Assembly: GCF_009914755.1 (NCBI RefSeq)
Contig: NC_060928.1
DNA: 64,000 nt
Source of the DNA: the human T2T-CHM13v2.0 reference genome, Homo sapiens
Direction: 5' to 3' (one strand)
Shown here piece after piece: positions 42,536-56,046 of the stretch (within the stretch, counting starts at the first letter, position 1; each line of letters opens with the position of its first letter). The notes under the pieces were generated by a model. The model did no database searches. It was not told the origin of the DNA and saw only the letters and a list, made by a program, of their open reading frames with translations. Both the position numbers and the translations under genes were made by a program.

Positions 42536-45129
42536 AAGAAAACAGGTTGTCATAAGCAGCTCCCTGTTCTGGAACAAATGACAAAATGACATGCAGAAGG
42601 AGTGAGTGGAATGCTATGGAATGTTCAGAATTTTCTATAGTCAGCTTTAAAGTTTGGTTTATATAATTTTATCTACATCTTATGAACTATTTTTCTATTT
42701 TACTATCTCTTATTATTAGCATTTCTCCCACACAATATCTCCCAGAAGAGTTTTTGTTTGTTTCTCTTTACCTATCAAAAAAGGGGATTTTTTTAAGGTA
42801 AACATTATATGCAAACAACAGAGACTAAGGTTTTTTATTTAAACGTGTTCTAAATTTTTAACTAATAATAATGCAAAGTGTTCTTTGTGGTATATTTATG
42901 ATTCAGGATCTACTTTATCTTTTTTTTAACTTAATAGATGAATAAAATGGATGTTTTTATTGTTCCCATGGCTGGATAAATCTAGGTAGGTGACATAGCC
43001 ATTTGCAGAGTTTGGCCAACTGAAAACATGTTTTCTGAATTTCCCTTATGTTGCTTCCCCTCCATTTCCAGCTTAGAGTATTGGAAGCTAATTTTTTCCA
43101 GAAATAATTGCAATTTTATGAGAAATTCACCAATGAAAATTATTACACATTCGGAAGAGTAAGTGTAATAATGTGTAAATAGGCTTTAAAGCCTATTTAC
43201 AAACCAGGCAGGAAATTACATATGTAGAGTTCATGCATGAAAAAGCATAAATAAAATTCATTTTTAATCATGTAATTGTACTGTCATTTGTTTCCATGTA
43301 CTTGGTGAAGAATTATATTTCTATTCATACCCTGGTTCCACTTTTCGAATGCAGCAAATGTAGTGTGAAAATGTCAGCAGCATAGTTTTGAATTAATGCT
43401 TTGCTTTTAAGTGCTATGCTCTTTGGTGTTTGATCAAGTGTAAGAAATATCTCTAAGAATATGTTGATGCATAGCCTGAGTTTATAAGTAGGGGGTTAAT
43501 TAAACAAATAATGATACTGAAATATTTTTTCACATGTGATTGCCATAATTAATAATGATAAAAATATGAAGTTATCCATTAGTTTTGCTTTCTTTAACTT
43601 TTTGAGTATGGCACAAGTGTGTGTGTTTCTGTGTGAATAGAAGGGTAAATGCACTTTTGTATATGTTTTCGATATTGCAGAGACCATTTAAGTCACCTGG
43701 CCTCTTATATTTATATTTTATTTATCAGTTTTGGGACTGTCGTTTGCTGAGCTACAAATACCTCAGTCCTCAAGAGAGGACAAAAACAGTATATAGATTA
43801 CAAGGTTAAAAAATGATTAATTCAAAAGAAAGATCATGAGCGAAGCACTAAGCCCACTTTCTGGCAATATCCACAAATATTGCTTCTCTTCTCCTTCCTA
43901 CAATCACAGGCATGCATTCATAGGCAGAGACAGAGCCAGGATTTGAACTTGAATTTCCTGATTCCTTAGTTGGCATATTTCTGTTTTACAATAAGCAGCT
44001 GTTATTTTAGAAAATTTGAAATGGATTAGTATAATTGAAAGCAAGTGTTTTCATGGTATGACACTGTTCTAAGTGATCCACAGCCACTACAAAAAAAAAA
44101 AGAGAAAAGAAAGAAAAAACAATGACAGCCCAAAAAGAAAAAAAAAAAAAGAAATAGTAAAAAATAATGCTGTGTCAAAAGCGAGAGGAGCCACATTACA
44201 TATGAATTAAAATAATCTTCTCTTTTTGTGTTTTTTAAAACGATATCAACATGCACAGTGCTTGGCATTTTCAAGGAAAGTGTCTCATTTCCATTAACAA
44301 GGAAATCTCCTAATTCACAAATACACACAGTGGGTGATGTGTGTTAACAGCACTCTTAGCAGCCGATAATGTGGTGCAGTTAATGTATCTCAGCTTGAAT
44401 TAACTTTACCACAAGCGATTGTTTCTTTTTATACAGCACAGGATCGTGTGGGAAAATCTCTTAGAATCTCACAAGGGGAATTCAATTAACATTACTCACT
44501 ACTGTACAGTAACATAAAATGGAGGCTATTTTAACCTTTTTTGAGTTTCCAGCTGATCAATTCAATGCTTTCCATTAGTTTAACTCCAGTTACTCCATAA
44601 ACTCACCTTCATTGTTCAGAAAATATCGTTTCACTTATGGGGCAGATTGTGGCTGCCAGTGGACAGCCAGAGTAGACTACACAGATGAGAACATTTCCTC
44701 ATAGTGTCTAGATTTATCCCAGGGTAACATCACCTAACATGCATGTTTAAAACCCAGGAGCTTCAAATACTAGAACTGACTTTTTTAGACCAACTAGTAT
44801 GCATTTGTTATGTGGCTTCTCTAACTGAAGTATCCTTCACATTTTAAAATCCTGGATTTTTGTCATTAAGTCTTAAGACTTTAGTCATAGAAAATCAGAA
44901 AATACATTTACATGAACCCAAAAATTATTTATCCTTTTAGAAATAATGTTAAGAAAAATACTTTATGGGAGCTGAAAGATTAATGTCCTTGACGCCTCTT
45001 CCACATTGATCACATTGCACTGCAGCTGTCTCATGTTAAGTTTATTTCTCTAATTATATTATTTTGTCTCATCCCCATAGTTACCACTCTAAAAAGACAG
45101 ACCTCCAACTGGCCCCGCAGCAAAGACCC

Positions 45130-45505
45130 TGACATCTCTAATTCCTCCTTGTCATTACAACCTGAATGGTTTTCAAAACCCAAATCTCCTCATGGAATTT
45201 CCTTTGTTAAAAGCCTCTATGGCTTCCCAAATCTCTTAAGATTAAATACCAACATCCCTGCAGATAACCCCAGGTATCCCAGCCCCTATTTAATTTTATG
45301 TGCCCCACTTCTCCCCTTTGCTCTCCAACTCTAATCACATTGACCTTCTTTTAGTTTCTGCCTATAAGAAACCTTTGCAAAGGTATTAGCTTGATTGCTT
45401 TCTTAGCATTTGTCTCCCTAGAAAAAAACTACTATAAGAACAAGGGCTTTGTACTTGTCTGTCACGTTGAGAACACTATTAATACATGTCAACTTAATGA
45501 ATAGC
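45130..45505 (+). mobile_element. L2 3' fragment
   Basis: ttttcaaaacccaaatct...aaaagcctctatggcttccc...cacattgaccttctttt. Confidence 0.6.
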
Positions 45506-45893
45506 AGAATGGAGAAGACATTTTACCAATGATGCTTTCTGTTGGTTCAGAGTGTCCACTAGGAAGATTTAAATTCAGTTCACCAACCACACTCATATCT
45601 CCTCTCACTGAATCCCCACATTTGAGTTAGTCACGCAATCTTCATTCAACAAATTGCAAATGAAAGAAAGACAGTATATGCCAACAAAGTGCTTACAATG
45701 TATTTAGAGAGACAACAATGAGACAAATTAAGCTATAAAATAAGAAATAAGAAAAGAGCTCCAATTTATCCATGCCATTAAATTAAATTAAAAATATATT
45801 TCACTTCAAAATGACAATATGAAATAAGCATACAACATTGTCTCATATTCATCAATATAAAGATGGTTTTGTTCCCTAAATTTAAAAAAAAGA

Positions 45894-46238
45894 GGCCAGG
45901 TGTGGTGGCTCACACCTACATCCCAGCACTTGGTGACAAGGTGGGGGGATTACTTGAACCCAAGAGTTCAAAACCAGCCTGGGCAACATAGGGAGACTCT
46001 ATCTCAAAACATAGGGCAACATAGGGAGACTCTATCACAAAAAATAAAAATAAAAAATTAGCGAGGCATGGTGGCAAATGTGCATAGTCCCAGCTACTCA
46101 GAAAGGCTGAGATGGGAGATTACTTCACGTTGGGCTGGGAGGTTGAGGCTGCAGTGAGCTGCGATCACACCACGGCACCCCTTGAGCCTGGGCAACAGAG
46201 TGAGACCCTGTCTCAAAAAAAAAAAAAAAAAAAAAAAA
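45894..46238 (+). mobile_element. AluJ with internal duplication
   Basis: J-type cctgggcaacatagggagac; gggcaacatagggagactctatc occurs twice (45981, 46014); long A tail. Confidence 0.95.
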
Positions 46239-48072
46239 GCACTATTTTTCAGGACAAAAGCATATCTTTTATTTCTTGGTAGAATCCATAGCATGTATAT
46301 TGCCCAACAGTTATTAATCAACTCAAATTGTACCAGTGCTTTCATCTCTCAATAAACATATATTTCTATCAAGTAATATGTCTTGACTAGCTCTCCTTAC
46401 CACTCATTAAGATCTTTCATCTTCCAAGTACAAAATTGCTTTATTTTAATCAGACTATATTTATGCCCTCAATTGTTATTTTATATGCGGCATCTAGTTC
46501 ACATGTGTATGAATGAACTATGCTCTCAGAATACTAGTTGGCCTGGAAGGCCAGCTTAACAATCACCAAAGCAAGCACAGTAAGAAAACTTGGACTGGGC
46601 TCAGGAGCTTAAATTCTAGTTTTGATGCCACAAACTTTTAGCTGGTGGCTTAGTACAAGTCATTTGAAGTTTTGATCTTTAATGTACTTATATCTATTAC
46701 AGTATAGAGATAGTAGCTCTTACTTTGACTGAAAGGTGGTTATGGATATGACATAACAAACATTATAAAGCAGTCTTTCTCAGTGATCATCCTGAGGACT
46801 ATTGGTCCCAGGAAATGGTCTTAAAGAAAGATACCCGTGGTCACATAAGTACCAAAAATATAATCCATACTGGCAAGAGAGATCTACAAAGCAATTTAAT
46901 ATATTAAAATTATAAGGCATGACTTCAGGAAAACTGTTTATTTGTATTTAACATGACGTGTTCCAAATTTGTTTTACTATGGAAACTTGTTTTTCTTCTT
47001 AGAAGACATGAAGCAGAGAAACTTTTTTATATTTGTAAAACATATTAACACAATTATGTGGAGTAATAAAACATTGATTTGTAGTTTTATACATGGAATG
47101 CATTGAATCAGATTTCTAAAAAGAAGAAAAATATCAATAATTAAGGGAATAATCAAATTATCATGTTTACTTTTTAAGTTTAACATATATACACACTATA
47201 TATTATATTATTTTGATAAGAAATACAATGTTTAGTTAAATATTTATTTCTCATCTTTAGGCTAAAGATGATAAATATCAAATATAAACATATGTCAAAC
47301 TTTCTGAATTTTTGCCACCTGATATAATTAGCTAGAAATCAAGTATAATTTGTTTAACTTTCTTTCTTCTTGCAAATGTAGCACTGACTCTATTCTAAAT
47401 TTTAACCTGCGACTGCAAAGACAGATGAAGGAGAATCACAGTACTCATGCAGTTAGTGGAAATCTTCTCCTAGAAACATTCTCTTTACCTTCAATTAGCC
47501 TAAATTATTCCAATGTTTGCTTCTCTCTTACTTTTCACTTGTAAAATAAATTACATTCAGTAAGCATTGTACTTAACAATATAAGCTATGGATTCGCTTA
47601 GGATCAGAATAAGAATAAGCTCATATGGGGAAAATACACATTTGTATTATTGCTCAATGCTCACTTGGAAGCCATGGCATATATTAGATTATGTTTAGTC
47701 TTTTTTTTTTTAATTTGGCAGAGTGACTGGACTCCAAATGTTTAATCTTAATTGAGAACTACAGCTGCAATTGTTGAATGGCTGTAGCAGAATCACAATT
47801 TTATTTGACTTGTCTTTAGAAAGGGTAAAGTTTAATGTTGTTTAGTTTACAGTTATTCACTTCACAGCATTACACATAAGAAAGGTAGCATGATGTGGTG
47901 AAACGTGACTGTCAGTTGTTTAATTTGAAACTGACAGTGAGATTTTGTTTTAATCTCATTGCTATTTTGTAAAAAACTAACCCAACAAAACAAGAGTAAA
48001 TGACCTTGCCAAAACATCTCTGAACCTTTCTTTGGGTTTAAACAACTCCTTGCAACAGCACATTGATGTTTA

Positions 48073-48190
48073 GAGTGGTGACTCTCTAAGTAAGAGCGCT
48101 GACTAGCAGCCTCATCAACAACACCAACTGGGAACTTGTTAGAAATGCAAACATTTGGACTCCATTCCAGACCTGCTGAATCACAAATGG
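48073..48190. mobile_element. MER5A hAT MITE, one half only
   Basis: ctgggaacttgttagaaatgcaaa...ccagacctgctgaatca. Confidence 0.8.
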
Positions 48191-48297
48191 GGGGTCACCA
48201 TATTGGCCAGGCTGGTCTTGAACTCCTGACCTCGTGATCTGCCCACCTCAGCCTCCCAAAGTGCTGGGATTACAGGCGTGAGCCACCACGCCTGGCC
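48189..48297 (-). mobile_element. Alu 5' fragment (left arm, no 3' part)
   Basis: tcaccatattggccaggctggtc...gagccaccacgcctggcc; no right arm or poly-A. Confidence 0.93.
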
Positions 48298-48831
48298 AAG
48301 TACATCTACTCTTTAAAGATTATTGAGTGTTTTGCAGAAACCCAATTTAGTAGGTTGGATCCCTGTAATGTCTGTGTGAATCAGTGATTAGGTGAACTCA
48401 TTTTGAAGCACATTTTGTAGGAGCACTTAATCACTGCTTCTAAGGACAAGACTTGACATATAGAGTAACCGATTACTGTAATTTTTCTGCTTAATCAGTC
48501 TTGCTGTTTATGTATAGTAATGATGGAGGAAAAATATTTAAGTTTTAAACATTAGAAACTTGGCATAATAAGAAATATCTCTACATACTGCCTCTATTTG
48601 GCCATATGAGACTAATGCCTCCCAGTAGCCATGGAACATGCCTTTTTGCATGTTATGCAAGTGTAACTCAACCATTTGTTTACTTATTAGTTTATTTACA
48701 CAAGTATTTCTTGAGTGTTCTATATGCTTGACCTAGTGTCAGTCCTAAGAATACAATAATGACTCTAAAATGCAATAATCTCATGAGGCAAAAAAAAAAA
48801 AATTACAAATTTTACTATAATACACAGTTTA

Positions 48832-51481
48832 TAAGTACACACATATTTTATTGTCCTTAGTAGATACTGCATTTTTTCACAAAGTGAAGATTTGTGGCAA
48901 TCTTGTGTCAAGCAAGTCTATTGGCACCATTTTTCTAATAGCACGTGCTCACTCCATCTGTGTGTCATATTTTGGTAATTCTTCCAATATTTCAAATATT
49001 TTCATTATTATTATATATTTTATGGTTACCTTTAATCAGTGATCTTTAATATTACTGTTGTAATTGTGCTGGGGCATCACAATCCATGCCCATGGAAGAC
49101 TGAACACAATTGATAAACGTGTGTATTCTGACTGTTTCACCAATTAGTCATTCAGTCTTCTCTCTCCCTCTTTTGGGGCCTCCCTATTCCATGAGACACA
49201 ACGATGTTAAAATTAGGCCAACCAATAACCCTCCAGTGGCCTCAAAGTGTTCAAGTGAAAGCTAGAAATGATTAGGCTTAATGAGGAAGGCATATTGAAA
49301 GCTAAGATAGGCCGAAAACTAAGCTTCCTGCACCAAACAGCTAGCCAAGTCATAAATTCAAGAGAAAGTTCTTGAAAGAAATTAAAGGGGCTGGGTGTGG
49401 TGGTTCACACCTGTAATCTAGCACTTCGGGAAGCCAAGGTGGACAAATCAACTGAGGTAAGGGGTTTGAGACCAGCCTGACCAACATGGCGAAACCCCAT
49501 ATCTACTAAAAATACAAAAATTAGCCGGGTGTGCTGGCACATGCTTGTAATCCCAGCTACTTGACAGGCTAAGGCAGGAGAATAGCTTGGGAGGCGGAGC
49601 TTACAGTGAGTCAAGATCGTGCCACTGCATTCCAGCCTGGATGACAGAGTAAGACTCCATTTCAAAAAACAAAACAAACAACAAAACAAAACAAACAAAC
49701 AAAAACAAAGAAATTAAAAGTGCTACTCCAGTGAACACACAAATAATACAAAAACGAAAAAGCTTTATGGCTGATAGAAAGTTTTCGTGGTCTGGATAAA
49801 TGACCAAACTAGCCACAACATTCCTTTAAGCCAAAGCCTATGCCAGAGGAAGGCCCTAACTCTCTTTAATTCTGTGAAGGCTAAGAGAGGTGAGGAGTTG
49901 AAGAAGAAAATTTTGAATATAACAAAGATAGTTTCATGAGATTTAAAGAAAGAGGCAATCTTGATAACATACAAATGCAAGAGGAAGCAGCAAGTGTTGA
50001 TGTACATGATGAAGCAAGAAGATCTAACAAAGATAATTGATGAAGGTGGCTATACTAAAGAATGGCTAGCCCATGTAGACAAAGTTTCCTTCTATTGGAA
50101 GAAGATGCTGTGTAGGACTTTCATAGGTAGAGAACAGAAGTCAGTGCCTGGCTTCAAAGTTTCAAAGGACAGGATGACTCTTGTTGAAGGTTAATGCAGC
50201 TGGTTACTTTAAGTTGAAGTCAATGCTCATTTACCATTCTGAAAACCCTAGGGCTCTTAAGAATTATACAAAATGTACTTTGCCTATGCTCTATAAATGG
50301 AACAACAAAGACTGAATGACAGGACATTTGTTTACATTATGTAATACTGAATATTTTAAGTGCACTGTTGAGACCTACTGCATTGAAAACAAGATTCCTC
50401 TCAAAATATTACTGCTTATTGGCAATACACCTGGTCACCCAAGGGCTCTGATGAACATATGCAAGATTAGTATTGTTTTTCTGACAGCTAAAATAACATT
50501 TATTCTGCAGTCCATGGATCAAGGAGTAATTTTGGACTTTCAAGTTTATTGTTTAAGAAATACATTTCATATACCTGCCATATATAGGGATTCCTCTGAA
50601 GGATCTGAACAAGGTAAACAGAAAAACCTCTGGAAAGAATTCACCATTCTAGATGTCATTAACTACATTTATGATTCATGCAAGGAGGTCAAAATATCAT
50701 TAAAAGGATTCTGGAGAAGTTTATTTCAAATATCATCAATGACTTTGAGAGGTTCGAGATTTAATTGGAGAAACTAACTGCAGATGAGTTGGAAATAGCA
50801 AAAGAACTAGAATTAGAAATGGAACCTGAACATGTGACTGAATTGCTGCCATCTCATGATACATTTCAAACAGATGAGTAGTTGTTTATTAACAGATAAA
50901 GTGATCTCTTAAGATGGAGTCTACTCCTGGTGAAGATGTTGTAAACATTCTTAAAATCACAACAAATGATTTAGAATATTAAATAAACTTAGTTGGGAAA
51001 GCAACAGCAGTGTTTGATAGGATTAACTCCAATTTTGAAAAGATATTTGTGGGTAAATTGCTACCAAACAGTATTGGATGCTACAGAGAAATCTTTTATG
51101 AAAGAGTTAATAGTTGCAGCAAACTTCATTATTGTCTTATTTTTAAAAATTGTCATAGTCACCTCAGCCTTCAGCAACCACTATCTTGATTAGTCAGCAG
51201 CCATCAACATTGAGACAAGATCCTCCAACAGCAAAAAATATTATGACTCTTAAGTCTCAAATTATAGCATTTTTTCTTTTAGCAATAAAGCATTTTTTAA
51301 ATTAAGGTAATAATTTTTGTAGACCTCATGCTATTGTACACTGAATAAACTATAGTATAATTAAACGTAACTTTTATATACATTAATAAACCAAAAAAAA
51401 TCTTGTGACTTGCTTTATTGTGACATTTGCTTTATTGCAGTGGCCTGGGACTAAATGTGCAATATTTCTGAGGTCTGCCTT
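48832..51481 (+). mobile_element. Near full-length Tigger1 DNA transposon, transposase disrupted
   Basis: Tigger1 5' region, pogo-type transposase remnants (IIDEGGYTKE...FYWKKM..RTFI..E.KSVPGFK.SKDR.T; KILLLI.N.PGHP..L; LQSMDQGVI) broken by stops and frameshifts; right end aatatttctgaggtctgcct. Confidence 0.95.
49389..49706 (+). mobile_element. AluS inserted in the Tigger1 ORF
   Basis: TSD aaagaaattaaagg / aaagaaattaaaag; (CAAAA)n tail. Confidence 0.95.
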
Positions 51482-51924
51482 TGATTGGTTGTTAAATGGT
51501 TAAGCAATAATTCCATAATACTATTTCAGCCAAGGAACTGTCAGGAAGTATCATATAACTTCATAACTTCATATAACTGTCATATACACAAAGTATAAAT
51601 ACTTTTATTTTACTTTATTTGTTTGTTTCATTTTTCCCTTTGATGACTAATATGCTACTATCTCTTTTCCCCCAGAGGGAGATAAATATATCGTGTTTTT
51701 CATCAATGCAGTGTGGGAAGCGAATTCTAGACACAAAGAGAGAGAGAGAGAGAGAGAAAAAAAAAAAAAAGAACAGGTCATGCAGGTCAGGAAGAGCTGC
51801 AGGGCTAAGCATACCAACCAAAAATATTCCCAGGACTAACAAGTAAAGCAGATCATCAGCATTTTGCAGAGTGTATTGGAGAGAGAGAAGCAAAAGCCTC
51901 TGTGGTCTTTATGTTAAAAAGACA

Positions 51925-52165
51925 CGTCTGCTCTGGAATCAAAATACTTCCAATTCTGGTACCCTACTCTCTGGTCTATGACCTTGCGTAAGTTATTTAA
52001 TCTCTCTGAGATGGATTTCTGCTGCAGAATTTGTGTGAAAAAAATAGTACCTGCTTCACAGGATTATTGTGAGAATTAAATAAGATTATCCACATAAAAT
52101 TTTCCCCATTGTATCATGCATAAAGTAAGTGCTCAGCATTTTTTTCTTTTTACTACTACTATTAT
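51925..52165 (+). mobile_element. MIR
   Basis: ctctggaatca...tgaccttgcgtaagttatttaatctctctgag...gattattgtgagaattaaat...gtaagtgctca. Confidence 0.85.
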
Positions 52166-52838
52166 TAATTTTTTAAAATAGAAAATTTAGACTCTTCATA
52201 ATATGGGCATAACTCCTTCATCAGATTACTCCATGAACATTAAATTCAAACTTCAGAGCTTTAAATTGCAATGAAACTGTAAATGTCACAAAAGGAAGAA
52301 TAGATAAGAGACTTAAAAATAAAATATTTTTAAATAAGTGTGTAATATTTACTATAAAAATACTGGGAACTTATATAACAAAATGGGAAGAGTGGTTGCC
52401 TCATCAGTGCTGATGATATTAGTTTTTTTTCTTTCTCATATTTTCTGAAATTTCCACATTTGTAACAATTAAGTATACATCACTTTTAAAATCATTATGA
52501 AAATAAATTTGAAGAAAAATATTGTATTAATGCATCCATTTCAATACACTATTTTAGTAATATGTATGCCTACCTGGATACACATTCATGAGTATAAATA
52601 TAAAAGGATACAAGAACAGAAAGGAGAGGTCCATATCTTACGTTTATAAACTTTGAAGACAAGCTTTCCAGATTAGTTGACCCTAAATAAAATTTTAAGA
52701 GTAAACAAGGAGGAAAAAATGAAAAAAAAAAAAAAAAAAAAGAAGTGAAAGAAAAAGGAGACATTCAACCAAAGTTAATGCTGAGTCCTGTGGCATCAAG
52801 GGAAATGGCTGAGCATCTTTACACAATTGCAAGCACTC

Positions 52839-53124
52839 CCTGGCACTGTAGTGTGTGCCTGTAGTCCCAGCTATTCAGGGGCTAAGGCAGGAAGATCTCT
52901 TGAGCCCAGGAGTTCTGTGCTATAGTGATGGAGAGTCCGCCATAAATTCAGCATCAATATACTGACTTCCTGGGAGAGGAGGACCGCCAGGTTGCCTAAG
53001 GAGGGATTTAACAGCCCAGGTAAAAAAACAGAGCAGGTCAAAACTCCTGTGTTGATGAGTAGTGGGATCACTACTAATGCAATTTCTCCCATAGAAATGG
53101 GAGATCCCGTTTCTTTAAAAAAAA
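52839..53124 (+). pseudogene. 7SL (SRP RNA) processed pseudogene
   Basis: Alu-domain start plus 7SL S-domain (ccaggttgcctaaggaggg...gagcaggtcaaaactcc...agtagtgggatc), poly-A tail, TSD aattgcaag; many substitutions and deletions. Confidence 0.93.
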
Positions 53125-53974
53125 AATTGCAAGTGCTTTCATAGGTCAGGAGTAAAGAATAATGAGAAGTAGTAATGGGAGATGAGTCGGAATCTGTGGC
53201 TAGGTTTTGTATGACTCGTTAAGGATTCTATGTTCCACTGAAATATCAAAGTGCCTTTGCATAATTTAATGATGTTAAAAGATCACGATGGTTAAAGGAC
53301 TGTGAGGCCTGAGAAAGTTAAGAGAGCGACAGGACTGTGGCAGAAACCATGGCAAGAAAAGGAGAGAGATTAAATAGTCTCAGTGCAGTTAACTTATAAG
53401 AACTGGACTAATTATTTCCATTCCTGATTAAATTCTTCTCTTACATTCCCATAAAATAGTTTTAATGGCTAGGGGAATGAGAGTTCTTAACTCGTTAGTA
53501 TAAGGAAGGAAGACAATGGAAGGAGCACAGGTTGTGGGCTATTGAACTGAAAGAGGGGAGAGATAATGAGTTTAAATTTGTTCAGATATAAGGGTTGGCT
53601 ATGGTGCAACTATTCATGTCTAGTAAGCAATTGGACGGGACAATGAGCTGAGTAGGGTGGGTGGAAAAACTTTCCATAGCTAGAGATGGTGAAAAAATAG
53701 TGTAGGTGAAGAAATGAATGCAAAGTGTCAGCAGTAGGCTGCTTAAAGGAAAGCAAAAGCTGTGTTGAGAGAATAAAACAGGGATAAGTCTGGCAGAAGC
53801 ATAGAATTTCTAGGAGGGTCATGGGAGAGAAGGGTGAAAAGGACTATTTGAGCAGGATTAGAAAGTCTGGTGTGCCAGAGGGAGAAATTAATATTGCAGT
53901 CTGTTTAGAAGGAGAGACCACTTACTTATATAGGGCCACAATTGTTTCTAGGTGGTGTATATCCTGGTCAAGAA

Positions 53975-54195
53975 ATGCAATGTAGTGTTTAAGTGAAAAA
54001 CTACAGGAGTAAATAGCCTAGCTTTAAATCCCAGCCTTAAGGCTTACTAGCAGTGTGACTTGGAGCAAACTGTTAATCTCTTAGTTCTTTAGTTGTGCCA
54101 TCTGCAAGCTGATGATAATGATTGGCTACTTTCCCTGAGTGGTTATAAGAATTAAATGTGTTAATATATATGTCACCCTGTAGAAAGTGTTATAT
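53975..54195 (+). mobile_element. MIR
   Basis: tttaaatcccagc...cttactagcagtgtgacttggagcaa...catctg...aagaattaaatg. Confidence 0.75.
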
Positions 54196-55414
54196 GTGGA
54201 CATACATATGCAAAATATGCATACACATATACTGCAAATATTATTACTCTCTCTAGCTATCTTTATTTCTTGTATTCCTCTGATGAGATATAATATGAGA
54301 CTCCTTCCTACTCTCTAATTTTACCTTCAATGAAAAAAAAAGCAGCTCTCCTCTTTTTAATGCCAATCTTTAATTTCATTTATGGAGACGGGATGTATAA
54401 GGTCCTTCTCATTCGCATGAGTGGCATAATCATGACACATTTTGATGTATAACACATCAGTAATATTTAAGAAATGGTAAAAAATTGCAATTTTCAGGCC
54501 ATCCTAGAGTATAATTTATTTATTTTTTGATGACTAGCTGATTTTTATTTAAATTGAACAATTTATATGTCAACTTATTGATACTATGTTCATGAGTTAA
54601 TGTTTCTATAGGATGGTTCTTAAATACAGGTTAATTACATGGACACTTATCTCCAGGCAAAGGGTATCTATGCCTCTCATCCTCCTGCCTACAATGATTA
54701 AAATAGATTGGGGTGAGTATGCAACCTATATCCTCCTTATGATATGGACACTGGATTTTGCTTATAGTGCTGAAGACAAACTGAGTCTTCCCTTGAAGAG
54801 TGAAGTGATAAGAAGTAAGGCTGTAACACATAGGGCAATTTGCAAATATTAGGATGAAGTCTGGAGCTACCAAGGGGATGAGCATAGTGAACATGGAAAT
54901 GAAGCTGATGTCACAAACAGTAGAACATAGAGTGTATGTATGGCCTGCTGAATCAAGGCTTACCTGAAAAGAGCTCTGTTTGTAGATTAACATATAACCT
55001 AAGTGAATATATAAATTTTCTGTGTTGTTTCGATTACTTTAAGTAAAGCTTTCTAAATTTTATAGTACTTATGCTTTATTACTTCTCTCTGCTCTCTGAA
55101 AGTCGAAATATAAACATCTAAAGTTATTTCAAAATATTTACCTAGGCATTTTATTTTTATTATGTGATAGTCATGGATTCTATAAATATTTGCTGAGCTC
55201 CTAATATGTTTAAGGTACTTGGCGATGCTGGGGATAAAATAATAATATAATATATACAATTATATTGCATATTTAATCATATCTTTTGAATGAAGCAATC
55301 TATCTATTGAATGCTTCATATTGAATGAATCGTTGAGTGAACATACCAATAAAGTATACAGAGGTATCATGGGAGTTCACTTCAACACATTCTATGAGTA
55401 TATAATATATCCCA

Positions 55415-56046
55415 CAGACTAGTCATCAATTTGTTGGTTCTCGGCCGCAAATCCATCCTTCATTTCCTGCTCTGGGAAAATTTAACAGGGGCTCTTTAAA
55501 CCTTGTTGCTTTTCAAGATGGCATGATTGTAAGCTTTGTCAGTAGTTTGTGCTGAAGACCAACTACTACTGGAAAGAAGAGGCTTTCCTTTCTGATTCCA
55601 CTGTGTTTCTCCCAACAGACTCCTTCAATGCACCCAGTGCCCCGCTCCTGCAGCAGGGGCGACTTCAGCACCAGGCTCTCATGGCATGTGCACCTTCTGT
55701 GACACCCAGCCTCTGTGTGCACAGAGGTGAACATCCTTCCTGAAAACTGCTTCTCCTGGTACCTTAGAGGAATAATATCCAGGAAGTTCCACTGGTGCAG
55801 CATCAGAGGGACCTCTCTGCCCTTCAGTGAGCCATGCCCATGTTTTGTCTAATGATGTCTGGATCACAGTCCTTGGGACAGTGACTGCTCCTTATATCTG
55901 CTATTCCTCTGGTCTTTAGAGGTCTCTTTAACTTTTGCTATGAAGCTCACATTACTCCAATCTACTGAAATTAGTATTCTGTATATTAAACTTTTTATTT
56001 TCAAATTATAATGTGGTTTGTCTCCTGAGTAGACATGACAGATGCA
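55415..56046 (+). mobile_element. ERVL solo LTR, LTR33-family-like
   Basis: aagctttgtcagtag and 3' end attaaact...tgtggtttgtctcctga...tgacagatgca. Confidence 0.6.

Noticed and set aside
47909-47938. Short hairpins (actgtcagtt...aactgacagt; also about 56940-56965) as miRNA or snoRNA
   Set aside because: Stems of about 10-11 bp are too short, and there are no snoRNA boxes or pre-miRNA geometry.
49961-50777. ORFs with pogo/DDE transposase similarity as a domesticated gene
   Set aside because: Fragments of a degraded Tigger1 with stops, frameshifts and an Alu insertion.
52839-53124. Functional 7SL RNA gene
   Set aside because: Internal deletions, many substitutions, poly-A and TSD mark it as a retrocopy.
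54613-54993. Bidirectional ORFs of 79 and 120 aa
   Set aside because: No recognisable protein features; the region looks like a decayed MaLR LTR, too weak to list as a feature.
55646-55680. CTCF-like tgcagcaggggcg and REST half-site ttcagcacc
   Set aside because: The CTCF core is one base short and the RE1 right half (GGACAG) is absent; both lie inside an LTR.
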